A stretch of DNA of 64,000 nt from Candidatus Falkowbacteria bacterium. Its GTDB lineage: Bacteria > Patescibacteriota > Patescibacteriia > Patescibacteriales > WJLG01. Positions 1 through 9,458 of this stretch are shown piece after piece. Location of the stretch: positions 17,296 to 81,295 of the forward strand of contig CAVVFV010000003.1 of the NCBI GenBank assembly GCA_963747695.1. Direction: 5' to 3'. The position numbers were made by a program, and so were the translations under genes. The number at the start of each line of letters is the position of its first letter. The stretch's first letter is position 1. Below the pieces are notes generated by a model. It did no database searches, had not been told where the DNA came from, and was given only the letters and a program-made list of their open reading frames with translations.

Positions 1-408
1 GACTGCAAAACCGATCAAAGCTCCGACGGTGGCTTGAAGCGGCGTATGCCCGATTTTTTCCAGAAGATGCGGATAAGTTTTATCCAAAGGTTTGTCCGGT
101 TCTTCTTTTAAATCTTTAACCAGGATATTAAGCACGCGTCCGTGTTCGCCTAAATAACGCCGGATTCCGACTGCATCTCTAATGACAATGACGCCAAACA
201 CCAAACTGATCGCAAAAAGAGGGGAGAGGATGCCATTTTCCAAGCCAATAGTGGTCACTAGCGAAGTGACGAGCGCCGCATGCCCCGAAGGCATCCCGGC
301 ATAAGACATAATGCTCTTGACCGAGGGCTTTTCGTGATTGGATTTAATGAAAAACTTAGCGGTTTGAGCGACCAACAACGCAACGAGCGGCAAAATTAAA
401 TATTGCAT
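1..408 (-). CDS. Divergent PAP2 / DUF212 (acid phosphatase/vanadium-haloperoxidase-related) membrane protein, truncated by window edge
   Basis: Own translation from ATG at 408: MQYLILPLVALLVAQTAKFFIKSNHEKPSVKSIMSYAGMPSGHAALVTSLVTTIGLENGILSPLFAISLVFGVIVIRDAVGIRRYLGEHGRVLNIL. The GMPSGHAA and RDAVGIRR segments fit the DUF212 pattern. The ORF runs off the window start. Confidence 0.6.
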   Translation of the reverse strand, partial: MQYLILPLVALLVAQTAKFFIKSNHEKPSVKSIMSYAGMPSGHAALVTSLVTTIGLENGILSPLFAISLVFGVIVIRDAVGIRRYLGEHGRVLNILVKDLKEEPDKPLDKTYPHLLEKIGHTPLQATVGALIGFAV

Positions 409-424
409 ATTTTTTGGATTATAG

Positions 425-496
425 ATTGTTATACTGTTATATTGACATATTGTTAGTCGCTAAAACGTTGTACAGCAATATAACAATATGACAATG
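425..496. repeat. Imperfect inverted repeat built from TGTTATATTG/CAATATAACA words
   Basis: Left arm attgttatactgttatattgaca pairs with the reverse complement of the right arm cagcaatataacaatatgacaat (about 19/23). It lies between the gyrB stop and the downstream gene start. Same word family as 9459-9536. Confidence 0.6.
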
Positions 497-520
497 AGAA
501 TGCGCTTCCTACACGCATCT

Positions 521-2536
521 TTATATATCGAGGTTCTTGACTTTCTTGGCGTGCGTCTGAATAAAGTGTTTCCGGGGCGCGACATCATCGCCCATCAACA
601 TATCGAAAATTTCATCGGCCGATTGCGCATCGTCCAAAGTCACCTGTTTCAAGATGCGCCGAGCCGGGTCCATCGTCGTTTCCCAAAGCTGCTCCGGATT
701 CATTTCACCTAAACCTTTATAACGCTGAATGCGCAGATTAGCCGCCTTTTTGGATTTATCATCATCGGCCTCTTCGGCGGAAAGATCATCACCCTCGGCA
801 ATCTCCTCGATCTCTTCAACTTTTCCGCCCATTTTTTTAATGATGCTGATTTTTTCTTCGTCCGAATAAGCGTATTCGATTTGCGCTCCCTTTTTGATCT
901 GATACAAAGGCGGTTGGGCGATATACATATGGCCATTGGTGATTAACGGTTCAAAATGGCGATAGAACAAGGTTAGCAACAGAGTGCGGATGTGAGCGCC
1001 GTCGACATCAGCATCAGTCATGATAATAATGCGATGATAGCGCAATCTGGTCAGATCGAATTGTTCGTCGATGTTCGTGCCCAAAGCGATGACTAAATTC
1101 TTTATTTCATTGTTAGCGAGCATTTTATCCAATCTGGCCCGCTCGACGTTAAGGATCTTGCCGCGCAAGGGGAGAATCGCCTGGAATTTCCGGTCGCGGC
1201 CTTGTTTGGCCGAGCCGCCGGCGGAATCGCCCTCGACGATGTATAATTCGCACTCTTCCGGACTGTTACTGGAACAATCAGCCAGCTTACCCGGCAAGGT
1301 CATTCCCTCTAAAGCACCTTTGCGCAAAATCGAAGCGCGAGCGGTACGTGCCGCCATTCGAGCCATGGCCGACAGAACACATTTACCGATGATCGCTTCC
1401 GCATCTTTCGGATGTTCCTCGAGGAAATCGGCAAAAGCCGTGCCAAAAACCTGCTCGACCGCAGTTTTAATTTCTGCATTGCCCAGCTTCGCTTTGGTCT
1501 GGCCTTCAAATTGCGGATCTTTCAATTTTACGCTGATGATCGCCGTCAAACCTTCTCGGACATCGTCACCGGTCAGATTCTCGTCTTTTTCTTTGATCAA
1601 ATTATGATTGCGGGCATAGGCATTGAGCGTTCTGGTCAAAGCAGTCTTAAAACCGATGATATGAGTACCGCCCTCGGGATTATAAATATTGTTGGCAAAA
1701 GGCAGCACTGATTCGTTGAATTCGTCATTGTATTGCAAAGCAATTTCCACCCGCGAACCTTCAAATTCTTTATCCACATAAAAAATATTTTCATGCTTGA
1801 CCGTATTATTACGATTCAAAGCCTTGGTATAAGCCTTGATGCCGCCTTCAAAATGGAATTTATATTTCTTTTCCTGACCCTTCGTTCTTTTATCATTAAC
1901 CTCGATGGTGATCCCTTTGGTCAGATAGGCTTGCTGGCGCAGGCGAGTCAGAACTTTTTCCCAATCAAATTCCAATTCGGTAAAGATAGTCGGATCCGGT
2001 TTAAAAGTGATAATCGTGCCGGTCCCCACGGCCTTACCGATCGGTTTGGCTGCAGATTTGGGCTTGCCCCGATGATATTCCTGAACCCAGGCTTTGCCAT
2101 CGAGATGGACCTCTGCTTTCATGTATTCGCTCAAGGCATTGACGACCGAAACGCCGACGCCGTGCAAACCGCCCGAAACTTTATAGCCGCCGTCACCGAA
2201 TTTTCCGCCTGCATGTAATTTCGTTAAAACTGTTTCCAGCGCTGAAACTCCGGTAGCTTTATGTTTACCGACGGGAATGCCGCGGCCATTGTCGATAACT
2301 TCGACCATTCCGTCGGCAAGAAGCGAAACCGTGATGTAATTGCAAAATCCAGCCATTGCTTCATCAATGCTGTTATCGACCACTTCCCAAATCAAATGAT
2401 GCAAGCCGGTAGCCGAGGTCGATCCAATATACATTCCCGGCCGCTTGCGTACCGGTTCAAGCCCTTCAAGGACGGTGATCGAGCTGGCGTCATAAGTCGA
2501 TTCTTTTTTCTTCTTTTCCAGTTCTTTATTAGTCAT
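521..2536 (-). CDS. gyrB: DNA gyrase subunit B
   Basis: 671-aa ORF. N-terminal GHKL ATPase motifs ([33 protein letters not shown]), Toprim ([15 protein letters not shown]) and C-terminal [19 protein letters not shown]. Confidence 0.97.
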   Translation of the reverse strand: MTNKELEKKKKESTYDASSITVLEGLEPVRKRPGMYIGSTSATGLHHLIWEVVDNSIDEAMAGFCNYITVSLLADGMVEVIDNGRGIPVGKHKATGVSALETVLTKLHAGGKFGDGGYKVSGGLHGVGVSVVNALSEYMKAEVHLDGKAWVQEYHRGKPKSAAKPIGKAVGTGTIITFKPDPTIFTELEFDWEKVLTRLRQQAYLTKGITIEVNDKRTKGQEKKYKFHFEGGIKAYTKALNRNNTVKHENIFYVDKEFEGSRVEIALQYNDEFNESVLPFANNIYNPEGGTHIIGFKTALTRTLNAYARNHNLIKEKDENLTGDDVREGLTAIISVKLKDPQFEGQTKAKLGNAEIKTAVEQVFGTAFADFLEEHPKDAEAIIGKCVLSAMARMAARTARASILRKGALEGMTLPGKLADCSSNSPEECELYIVEGDSAGGSAKQGRDRKFQAILPLRGKILNVERARLDKMLANNEIKNLVIALGTNIDEQFDLTRLRYHRIIIMTDADVDGAHIRTLLLTLFYRHFEPLITNGHMYIAQPPLYQIKKGAQIEYAYSDEEKISIIKKMGGKVEEIEEIAEGDDLSAEEADDDKSKKAANLRIQRYKGLGEMNPEQLWETTMDPARRILKQVTLDDAQSADEIFDMLMGDDVAPRKHFIQTHAKKVKNLDI

Positions 2537-2539
2537 ACT

Positions 2540-2580
2540 TTAGGTACTTAGTTGATTAGGTAATTAGGTGCTTAGTCCTG
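2540..2580. repeat. 8-nt periodic word array (TAGGTACT TAGTTGAT TAGGTAAT TAGGTGCT TAGTCCTG) abutting the gyrB start
   Basis: Read directly. Shares the 12-mer gttgattaggta (2551-2562) with 53601-53612. Confidence 0.7.
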
Positions 2581-2820
2581 ATGATTATTTACCTAATATT
2601 AAACTAAAAAATGATAATTATTTTAAATGAAAAAATCGATTTTATTAATCAATTTATCTAGTATAATTATAGCAAAATATCAGAAGACAGGCAAGCGATT
2701 TTTTGTTGATAAATCAGTGATTTTCACTTTACAAAATCTTTAAAAAATGTCGATGAATAATCAGCTCTGCATTTTTGATTTTTATTTTATTATGCTAAAA
2801 TGAAAACGTAATGAAAAATT

Positions 2821-3726
2821 ATGCCCGATAAGAAAAACGACATCAACTTGAACCGTTACGAGACCGACGTCGCCGGCGTCTCGATGAAAACGCTGGAAGC
2901 CGGTTTGTGGTGGACGAAAAATCGTGCGGCCCTGAAGATCGCTTTGATTGTCTTTTTATTACTGGTATCAATAGCCAGCTGGAGCTATACGATTTACGGC
3001 TTCGGTTATTACCTTTTCGTGGGGATGAACGCCGACGAACAGATGGCCAGGGCGATGGCGGAAATGACCACGGTCAATCATAGCTATCTCGTCCAGATCG
3101 CGCCGAAAAATTTGATTTTGTCACCGGCCGGCTTTTTGCCTAACGGAAACAACTATGATCTCTATCTGCAGATTACCAATCCCAATTCCCGGTGGTGGGC
3201 AACGTTCGATTATTGTTTTGCCCTGCCGGATGGGGAAAAATCGTGCGGTAACGATTTCATGCTGCCGGACAATAATAAATATCTCCTGTCTTTGAACGAT
3301 CCATTCAAAGCAAATCCGAATAATTTGAATTTTTCCCTGACTAATCTGGTTTGGAATAAGATCGATAATCATCAAATCAGCGACTGGAGCAGCTATCTGG
3401 CCAATCGTTTGAATATCGCCATAGCCAACCAGCTTTTCACGCCGGCGGAAAACAATACCGTCTCGGAGAAGGTTCCGCTAAACAGCCTGACTTTCACAAT
3501 TACTGATAACAGCGCCTATAGTTATTTTTCCGTTCCGTTGACGATCATCTTGACCAATGGCAATCGTCTCGTCTATATTGATCGATACACCCTCGACAGC
3601 CTGACCTCCCATCAATCACGCCCGGTGGAAATAACCTGGCCCGGAACGATGGGCGGCGTAACCGGTATCGATATTACGCCGGATTTGAATATTTTAGACC
3701 AAAGCATCTACCAGCAACCGAAATGA
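2821..3726 (+). CDS. Hypothetical membrane-anchored protein
   Basis: 301-aa ORF with one N-terminal hydrophobic helix (ALKIALIVFLLLVSIASWSYTIYGFGYYLFV). Its stop overlaps the next gene's start (ATGA at 3723-3726). Confidence 0.6.
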   Translation: MPDKKNDINLNRYETDVAGVSMKTLEAGLWWTKNRAALKIALIVFLLLVSIASWSYTIYGFGYYLFVGMNADEQMARAMAEMTTVNHSYLVQIAPKNLILSPAGFLPNGNNYDLYLQITNPNSRWWATFDYCFALPDGEKSCGNDFMLPDNNKYLLSLNDPFKANPNNLNFSLTNLVWNKIDNHQISDWSSYLANRLNIAIANQLFTPAENNTVSEKVPLNSLTFTITDNSAYSYFSVPLTIILTNGNRLVYIDRYTLDSLTSHQSRPVEITWPGTMGGVTGIDITPDLNILDQSIYQQPK

Positions 3727-4826
3727 ACAAGTTGATCATCTATTTAAAAAATTTCGACTGGGTACTTTTTTTTGCGGTAGTCTTATTGCTCTGTTTCGGA
3801 CTGGTCGAGATCTATAGCATCGCCTTGGGACGGGGGACGGCCGATTTGCTTAATTTCAAAAAACAACTGATTTTCGCCGGCTCGGGCATCATCCTGCTAT
3901 TCATCTTTGCTTTTTTTGATTTCAATTACTTGAAACAAGCCAGTAAATACTTATATGTCTTAGCCGTCGCCTTTCTGGGCGCCGTTTTATTACTCGGCAG
4001 AACCATCAACGGCACTAAGGGCTGGTTCAGCATCCTGGGATTGGGCTTGCAACCGGTCGAGTTTGTAAAAATAATCCTGATTATTTTCCTGGCTTATTTT
4101 TTTTCATCGCGGGCGCTCAAGATCAGATCAACCAAACAACTCATCATCTCCGCTTTGATCTTGCTGCCGCTGGTTTTTTTGACTTTTATCCAGCCTGATT
4201 TCGGTTCAACGGTGGTACTGTTTTTGATCTGGCTCGCGATGCTCGCTGTCGCCGGATTCAATAAGAAATTTTTCATCATCCTGTTCATACTGATTTTAGT
4301 CGCCGGCGCCAGCCTCTGGTTCTTTTCTTTCAAGGATTATCAAAAGCAGCGGATCATCACCTTCATCAATCCTCACTCTGACAGCCTGAATCAAGGCTAT
4401 AATGCCACCCAGGCGATGATCGCCGTCGGTTCGGGAGGGCTGATCGGGCGGGGAGTGGGTTTTGGCTCGCAATCGCAGCTAAAATTCCTTCCCGAAGCCC
4501 AGACTGATTTTATTTTCGCGGTTATTTGCGAAGAATTGGGCTTTTTGGGCGTCGGACTGATTTTCCTGTTTTACGGCATTATTTTTTATCGCTGCCTGAC
4601 CGTTACCCGCAGAATCAACAATGATTTTGGCATTTTTATTATTTTAGGCGGCGTGGGCTTGATTTTTCTGGAAATGTTCATTAATATTAGTATGAATATC
4701 GGATTACTGCCCATTGTCGGGATAGCCCTGCCGTTTTTGAGTTATGGCGGCAGTTCCATTATTTCCACTTTGATAGTGGTCGGTATTATTGAAAACATCA
4801 TTATTAAATCTAAAATAAATTATTAG
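3723..4826 (+). CDS. SEDS-family peptidoglycan glycosyltransferase (FtsW/RodA/SpoVE)
   Basis: 367-aa polytopic membrane ORF with family motifs QPVEFVKI, GSQSQLKFLPEAQTDFIFAVICEELGF and LPFLSYGGSS. Confidence 0.9.
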   Translation: MNKLIIYLKNFDWVLFFAVVLLLCFGLVEIYSIALGRGTADLLNFKKQLIFAGSGIILLFIFAFFDFNYLKQASKYLYVLAVAFLGAVLLLGRTINGTKGWFSILGLGLQPVEFVKIILIIFLAYFFSSRALKIRSTKQLIISALILLPLVFLTFIQPDFGSTVVLFLIWLAMLAVAGFNKKFFIILFILILVAGASLWFFSFKDYQKQRIITFINPHSDSLNQGYNATQAMIAVGSGGLIGRGVGFGSQSQLKFLPEAQTDFIFAVICEELGFLGVGLIFLFYGIIFYRCLTVTRRINNDFGIFIILGGVGLIFLEMFINISMNIGLLPIVGIALPFLSYGGSSIISTLIVVGIIENIIIKSKINY

Positions 4827-4848
4827 TTAATTGGTTAATTAGTTTGCC
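4821..4848. repeat. 8-nt word array (TAGTTAAT TGGTTAAT TAGTTTGC)
   Basis: Read directly downstream of the SEDS gene stop and upstream of L25. Same TAG(G/T)T word family as 2540-2580 and 53581-53626. Confidence 0.55.
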
Positions 4849-4888
4849 TATCATCAACGGTTAACTAGAAATCAAAATAAAATCAAAT

Positions 4889-5587
4889 ATGGATAGTTTA
4901 AAGCTAGTAGCGCAAAAGAGGGAACAAGGAGAAGATGCCAGAACAATGATCAAGAGCGGTTTTGTGCCCGCGGTCGTTTATGGACCTCATCTCAAAGCCA
5001 ATAAGCTGATCAAAGTACCGGCTAACGATCTGCGCAAGATCGTCGCCGCGGCCGGTGAATCAACCCTGATCGATTTGGTCATTGACGGCAAAACGGAAGG
5101 AAAAGTACTCATCAAAGAAGAGCAGCGCGATCCGGTCAAAGATAATTTGATCCATCTTGATTTCTATGAAGTCGATATGACCAAAGAAATCCATGCTGAA
5201 ATTCCTTTGCATTTCATCGGCGAATCGAAAGCGGTCAAAGAATTGTCCGGCGTGCTGATCAGAAGCATCAACGAAATCGAAGTCCGCTGCTTGCCTTCGG
5301 ATTTAGTCAACCATATCGATGTGAATATTTCCGTCTTGAATACCTTTGATGATGTAATCAAGATCCATGATTTGACCTTGCCTAAAGGCGTCAAATTATT
5401 GCACGAAACCGATGACGTGGTGGCGACTATTGCCGAACCGAAGGCGGAAGAAGTCTTTGAAACCGCTCCGGCCGAAGGCGAACAAGTGGCGGCGGTGGAA
5501 ACTGAAGTTGCCGGCGAAGAGGGCGCTGAGGCTGGCGAAGGCAAAGCTGACACTAAATCCGACACAAAGGCCGACGCCAAAAAATAA
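4889..5587 (+). CDS. rplY: Ribosomal protein L25/Ctc with E/A/K-rich C-terminal tail
   Basis: 232-aa ORF. N-terminal L25 pattern (RTMIKSGFVPAVVYG...; LIHLDFYEV; IPLHFIGES). The tail is AEGEQVAAVETEVAGEEGAEAGEGKADTKSDTKADAKK. Confidence 0.88.
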   Translation: MDSLKLVAQKREQGEDARTMIKSGFVPAVVYGPHLKANKLIKVPANDLRKIVAAAGESTLIDLVIDGKTEGKVLIKEEQRDPVKDNLIHLDFYEVDMTKEIHAEIPLHFIGESKAVKELSGVLIRSINEIEVRCLPSDLVNHIDVNISVLNTFDDVIKIHDLTLPKGVKLLHETDDVVATIAEPKAEEVFETAPAEGEQVAAVETEVAGEEGAEAGEGKADTKSDTKADAKK

Positions 5588-5634
5588 CGATCTTAATAAC
5601 TCACACCTAGTTCAGTCAAAAATCAACAAGGGGA

Positions 5635-6714
5635 ATGCTCGAAAATATAAAAAATTATCTGCTCAACCGTTCAAAACTATGGAAAAATTTAATGATTATT
5701 TCCATAGTTTTGTTTATGGCCGTTTTGGTTACCCTGGTCTGGCTATTTTTAAGGCGTCCGGCGCTGCCTGACGATCTGGTTGGGATGACGGCAAAGAATT
5801 CCGGTAATCCGGCTTTAGCGAGCGGCGTGAATCAATGTCCGAATTGCGTCCGCCGGGCGATTGACGGCGTTTACGTCGAACCTCAAGCTGCCAATTTAAT
5901 CCCCTTGGCCGTCATGATCGATAACCACCCGGATGCTCGCCCGCCGTCCGGTCTGGAAGATGCCAATCTGGTCTATGAGGCGGAAGTCGAGGGTTATTAT
6001 ACGCGGCTGATGGCGGTTTTTGCTTCGGACGATAAGATCGCCAAGATCGGTCCGATCCGCTCGGCCAGGCCTTATTTTGTTGATTGGGCCGATGAGCTGG
6101 GCGCGGTTTACGGGCACTGCGGCGGCAGTCCGGAGGCTTTGGTGGATATCGAGCAGAAAGGTTTGACCGATTTCAATGAATTTTACAGCGGCCGGTATTT
6201 TTGGCGCTCGACCGACCGGGTCGCTCCCCACAATATTTATACTTCGTCGGATAATTATCAATCTTTCTTAACGGCTGAAAATGTCGCCACCTCAACCTAT
6301 GCTTCCTGGCAATATAAGGCGGATTCGCCGATCAGCAATCCTTCCTCGACCGACGAAATTTCGATTAATTACCAAGTGCCCGAATTCCGCGTCAAATGGG
6401 TCTATGATAAAACCGACAACGATTACGTCCGCTATTACTCCGATCAGCCGCAGCTCACCGCCGATAAAAACTTACTAGCGGCTAAAAATGTGGTGATCGA
6501 AATCGTTCCGGCCACGGTGATCGACGCCGATCTGCGCCTAGCAATGCAGGACGTCGGCGCCGGCGACGCGACTATTTGCCTGGACGGCGCCTGCCAGAAA
6601 GGCCATTGGGAAAAGCAATCTTCAGCGGCGCGGACTAAATTAACTTATCTAAGCGGCGAGGAGGTAAAATTTAACGCCGGCCCGACTTGGGTTGAGGTGA
6701 TGAGGCCAAACTAA
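5635..6714 (+). CDS. DUF3048-family (YerB-like) secreted/membrane-anchored protein
   Basis: 359-aa ORF with an N-terminal TM helix. PLAVMIDNHPDARPPSGLEDANLVYEAEVEGYYTRLMAVF and IRSARPYFVDWA resemble the DUF3048 core. Confidence 0.72.
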   Translation: MLENIKNYLLNRSKLWKNLMIISIVLFMAVLVTLVWLFLRRPALPDDLVGMTAKNSGNPALASGVNQCPNCVRRAIDGVYVEPQAANLIPLAVMIDNHPDARPPSGLEDANLVYEAEVEGYYTRLMAVFASDDKIAKIGPIRSARPYFVDWADELGAVYGHCGGSPEALVDIEQKGLTDFNEFYSGRYFWRSTDRVAPHNIYTSSDNYQSFLTAENVATSTYASWQYKADSPISNPSSTDEISINYQVPEFRVKWVYDKTDNDYVRYYSDQPQLTADKNLLAAKNVVIEIVPATVIDADLRLAMQDVGAGDATICLDGACQKGHWEKQSSAARTKLTYLSGEEVKFNAGPTWVEVMRPN

Positions 6715-6780
6715 AAAAACAACGGATTTTTTGAATACAAAAAACCCCGGTTATCGCCGAGGTTTTTAGATAGGAAAAAT

Positions 6781-7698
6781 TTACGACTCAATTACGAATA
6801 AACGATCATAGCCGCCCAAATCCTTGAGAAAATCTTTGCGGCAGGCGGGAAAATTATCCCTGATCAGCTTGTCCATGGCGGCCTTTTGCGATTCATCGAT
6901 CTCGCCATAGATGATGATATTTCTTTTATGGAGGCCGAAGCGTTTATTGATCTGCTGGAACAAGCGGCGATAATGATCAAGACCGTCAACACCGGACAAT
7001 AGAGCCCTTTGCGGTTCATGGCGCAGGTCCGGCGATCGTTTGATCTGCGCGGCGGTCAGATAAGGCAGATTAGCGGTGATGATCGTCGGCTGTTTGAAAA
7101 TATTTTTATCAATAACATTAAGCAAATTGCTGTACAAAAAATTTATCCGTCCGCCAACCCCATTTAGCCGGGCATTTTGCCGCGCCACTCCGAGCGCCGC
7201 GCGCGAAATATCCAAACCCCAATATTTAATCTGATGGCCGGATAGATTTTTGGCTAACGAAATAATCACGCAGCCGGACCCCGTGCCCAGATCGATGATG
7301 TTCTTGATCGCGATCTTCTTTTCCCAGGTACTGATGATTCCCCGGCGCCCATGCCTGAAACGCCTTAAGACTTCCTCAACCATCAGTTCGGTCTCGGGGC
7401 GGGGGATTAGCACGTTTTTATTTACCTTGAAGTCCAGTCCATAGAATCCCTGATGTCCGGTCAGATAGGCTAGAGGAACGCCTTTGGTTCGATTGCCGAT
7501 CAGCCGTTTAAATCTGGCCGCTTGATAGAAATTAAGATTTTTTTCCGGGTAAGTGAATAAATATTCCCGGCTTTTACCCAAGATAAGCGACAAAATTTCT
7601 TCGGTTTCGAGATCAGACTGATCGATTTTCATTTTTTTAATTTGCTCTGAACCAAAAATCAGAGCCGATCGGATGTTCATAGAATTTGACAAAAGCAT
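6781..7698 (-). CDS. prmC: Release-factor glutamine N5-methyltransferase (PrmC/HemK)
   Basis: 305-aa ORF. SAM motif IIDLGTGSGCVIISLA; catalytic tetrad reads NLPY (ITANLPYL) instead of canonical NPPY. It is separated from prfA by about 700 bp. Confidence 0.82.
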   Translation of the reverse strand: MLLSNSMNIRSALIFGSEQIKKMKIDQSDLETEEILSLILGKSREYLFTYPEKNLNFYQAARFKRLIGNRTKGVPLAYLTGHQGFYGLDFKVNKNVLIPRPETELMVEEVLRRFRHGRRGIISTWEKKIAIKNIIDLGTGSGCVIISLAKNLSGHQIKYWGLDISRAALGVARQNARLNGVGGRINFLYSNLLNVIDKNIFKQPTIITANLPYLTAAQIKRSPDLRHEPQRALLSGVDGLDHYRRLFQQINKRFGLHKRNIIIYGEIDESQKAAMDKLIRDNFPACRKDFLKDLGGYDRLFVIES

Positions 7699-8027
7699 TG
7701 ACTAATAATTCCTAATTTGTTATTGTTTAATTATAGAGCTGAGTCTGAATCAGGGGCTGAGGAATCACCAGCTATGCACATCCGCCGGAAAGCCATTGCA
7801 TAGACCTAAACAGATTAGGCGAACCAGCTTTAGCACATTCAGACATCCATCGTTAACATTTGGCAACAAGGAGGAAGAATGTCGCCCCAGCTCATTACAC
7901 GGGAAATTTCAGCCGTTGACCATGTTTCTGAAATCTGTACTATTTTCGGGAAAGGAGGTGATACCATCTCGGTTGCGGGATAGTATAAACCGTTACCCGC
8001 CGAAATAGTATCAGAACTTAACGGCAA
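7699..8027. ncRNA. Helix-dense non-coding segment (strand and class unresolved)
   Basis: No credible ORF. Nested complementary pairs read directly: CTATGCA 7772-7778 / TGCATAG 7797-7803; atttcag...ctgaaat near 7906-7934; TACTATTTTCGG...CCGAAATAGTA enclosing GCGGG...CCCGC near 7949-8021. Confidence 0.35.
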
Positions 8028-8397
8028 AATAAGAATTATTATCGATCGGGCGCCACGGCAAATTTGAATCCGGTCGATTTTCCCGGACTCAAATCAGCGC
8101 AGGCATCCGCTAATTGCGCGTACGATTTGTTGCTGATTGGCGCACTCAGGCCAGCGCCCAATAGCCGGAACACCATCGGCGCGGCCAAAAACAGTGAGGT
8201 AAATGCACTATAGCATTTCCACTGTGTTACCCGGGAAATTCTCGCCCTGCGAGCTCTTTCCCGTTTTTTTATACGCAATCCGCTGGAGCCAAAACCGTTT
8301 CGGTCGCAGGCGAGTGGCGGATCGTGAAATCCGGCCGGACGACGGGATAACAAAAGTTGGGAAAGCCGCCAGTCACCGATCAATTGAATTCAGCGAG
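8028..8397 (-). ncRNA. Candidate large structured RNA, copy 1 (paralog of 49943-50555)
   Basis: GC-rich and ORF-poor with many helices, e.g. ATTTGAATCCGG 8062-8073 / CCGGACTCAAAT 8083-8094 (11/12 pairs). Four sequence blocks are collinear with the 49943-50586 element. Strand is inferred from that copy. Confidence 0.4.
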
Positions 8398-9450
8398 TTA
8401 AGCTTTATTTTTCAAAGCTTTTTCCGCCTGCTTGAGGGCGGCGATAATATCTTCCAGATTGTTTTCCATCGTTGACGTGATATTGCTCCAATTCTGTTTG
8501 ATCCGGTGGTCGGTTATCCGGTCTTGGGGAAAATTATAAGTTCTGATCTTTTCGCTGCGGTCGCCGGTACCGATCTGTTTTTTTCGAGCCGCATCCTCGC
8601 GGGACCTTTTTTCCTCTTCCATCTTCGCCGCCAATCGCGAACGCAAGATCATCATCGCCTTATCCTTATTCTGATGCTGGGATTTCTCATCCTGGCATTG
8701 CACCACGACATTGGTGGGCAAATGAGTGATTCGGATAGCCGAAGAAGTCTTATTGACTTTCTGGCCGCCCGGGCCTGACGAGCAATACGTATCGATGCGC
8801 AAATCTTTCGGGTCGATCACCAAATCGACATCTTCGACTTCCGGAACGACCGCGACCGTAGCGGTGGAAGTATGAACGCGGCCCTGCTTCTCGGTCTCCG
8901 GCACGCGCTGAACGCGATGAGTCCCGCCTTCGAATTTCAGATTGCCAAAAACATCCTTGCCTTTGACCCCGAAAACGATTTCTTTGAAACCGCCTAATTC
9001 GTTACGGCTCGATTCAAATACTTCCACTTTCCAGCCCTGCCGTTCGGCAAAACGCGAGTACATCCGGAAAAGTTCGCCCGCAAACAAAGCCGACTCATCG
9101 CCGCCGGCTCCGGCGCGGATCTCGATAATCACGTCTTTTTTGTCGTTCGGATCGGCCGGGTGGAGCTCTTCATCGATCTCGCTTTTAAGCTTCGCCACCT
9201 GCATTTCCGCTCCAGCCATTTCCGCTTGCGCCATCTCCTTCATCTCCGGGTCTTTTTCCTGGGCCGCCAGATCGCGGCTTTGCACAATGACCTTTTCATT
9301 ATTTTCCAATTCTAAAATCTTCGCCAGTAACTCCTTCAAGTTGGCGTGTTTTTTCCCGAGCGAAGCCAATTTGGCCGGATCGGCCGCAATCGCCGGATCC
9401 ATCAGCTGCGCTTCGAGATCATTAAACTGTTGTTTGATATCTTCGTACAT
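8398..9450 (-). CDS. prfA: Peptide chain release factor 1
   Basis: 350-aa ORF with SGPGGQKVNKTSSAIRITHLPT (GGQ motif). The codon-recognition tripeptide region reads RVQRVPETEKQGRVHTS (PET rather than PAT/PVT). Confidence 0.94.
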   Translation of the reverse strand: MYEDIKQQFNDLEAQLMDPAIAADPAKLASLGKKHANLKELLAKILELENNEKVIVQSRDLAAQEKDPEMKEMAQAEMAGAEMQVAKLKSEIDEELHPADPNDKKDVIIEIRAGAGGDESALFAGELFRMYSRFAERQGWKVEVFESSRNELGGFKEIVFGVKGKDVFGNLKFEGGTHRVQRVPETEKQGRVHTSTATVAVVPEVEDVDLVIDPKDLRIDTYCSSGPGGQKVNKTSSAIRITHLPTNVVVQCQDEKSQHQNKDKAMMILRSRLAAKMEEEKRSREDAARKKQIGTGDRSEKIRTYNFPQDRITDHRIKQNWSNITSTMENNLEDIIAALKQAEKALKNKA

Positions 9451-9458
9451 CGAATATA

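Noticed and set aside
2540-2600. CRISPR array as an explanation for the short periodic repeats here and in other spacers.
   Set aside because: The period is 7-8 nt with no unique spacers, arrays have only 3-5 units, and no cas genes are present. This is incompatible with CRISPR.
7753-7760. GGGGCTGA, resembling the 5' end of tmRNA.
   Set aside because: I found no matching 3' acceptor complement with a T-arm and CCA, no tag-peptide reading frame ending in a stop, and no tRNA-like T-loop nearby.
8039-8383. 114-aa minus ORF in the prfA-prmC spacer and 103-aa minus ORF at 50206-50517.
   Set aside because: The two regions share sequence blocks whose lengths differ by non-multiples of 3, with compensatory stem changes. 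That argues for RNA-level rather than protein-level conservation. The products are not protein-like.
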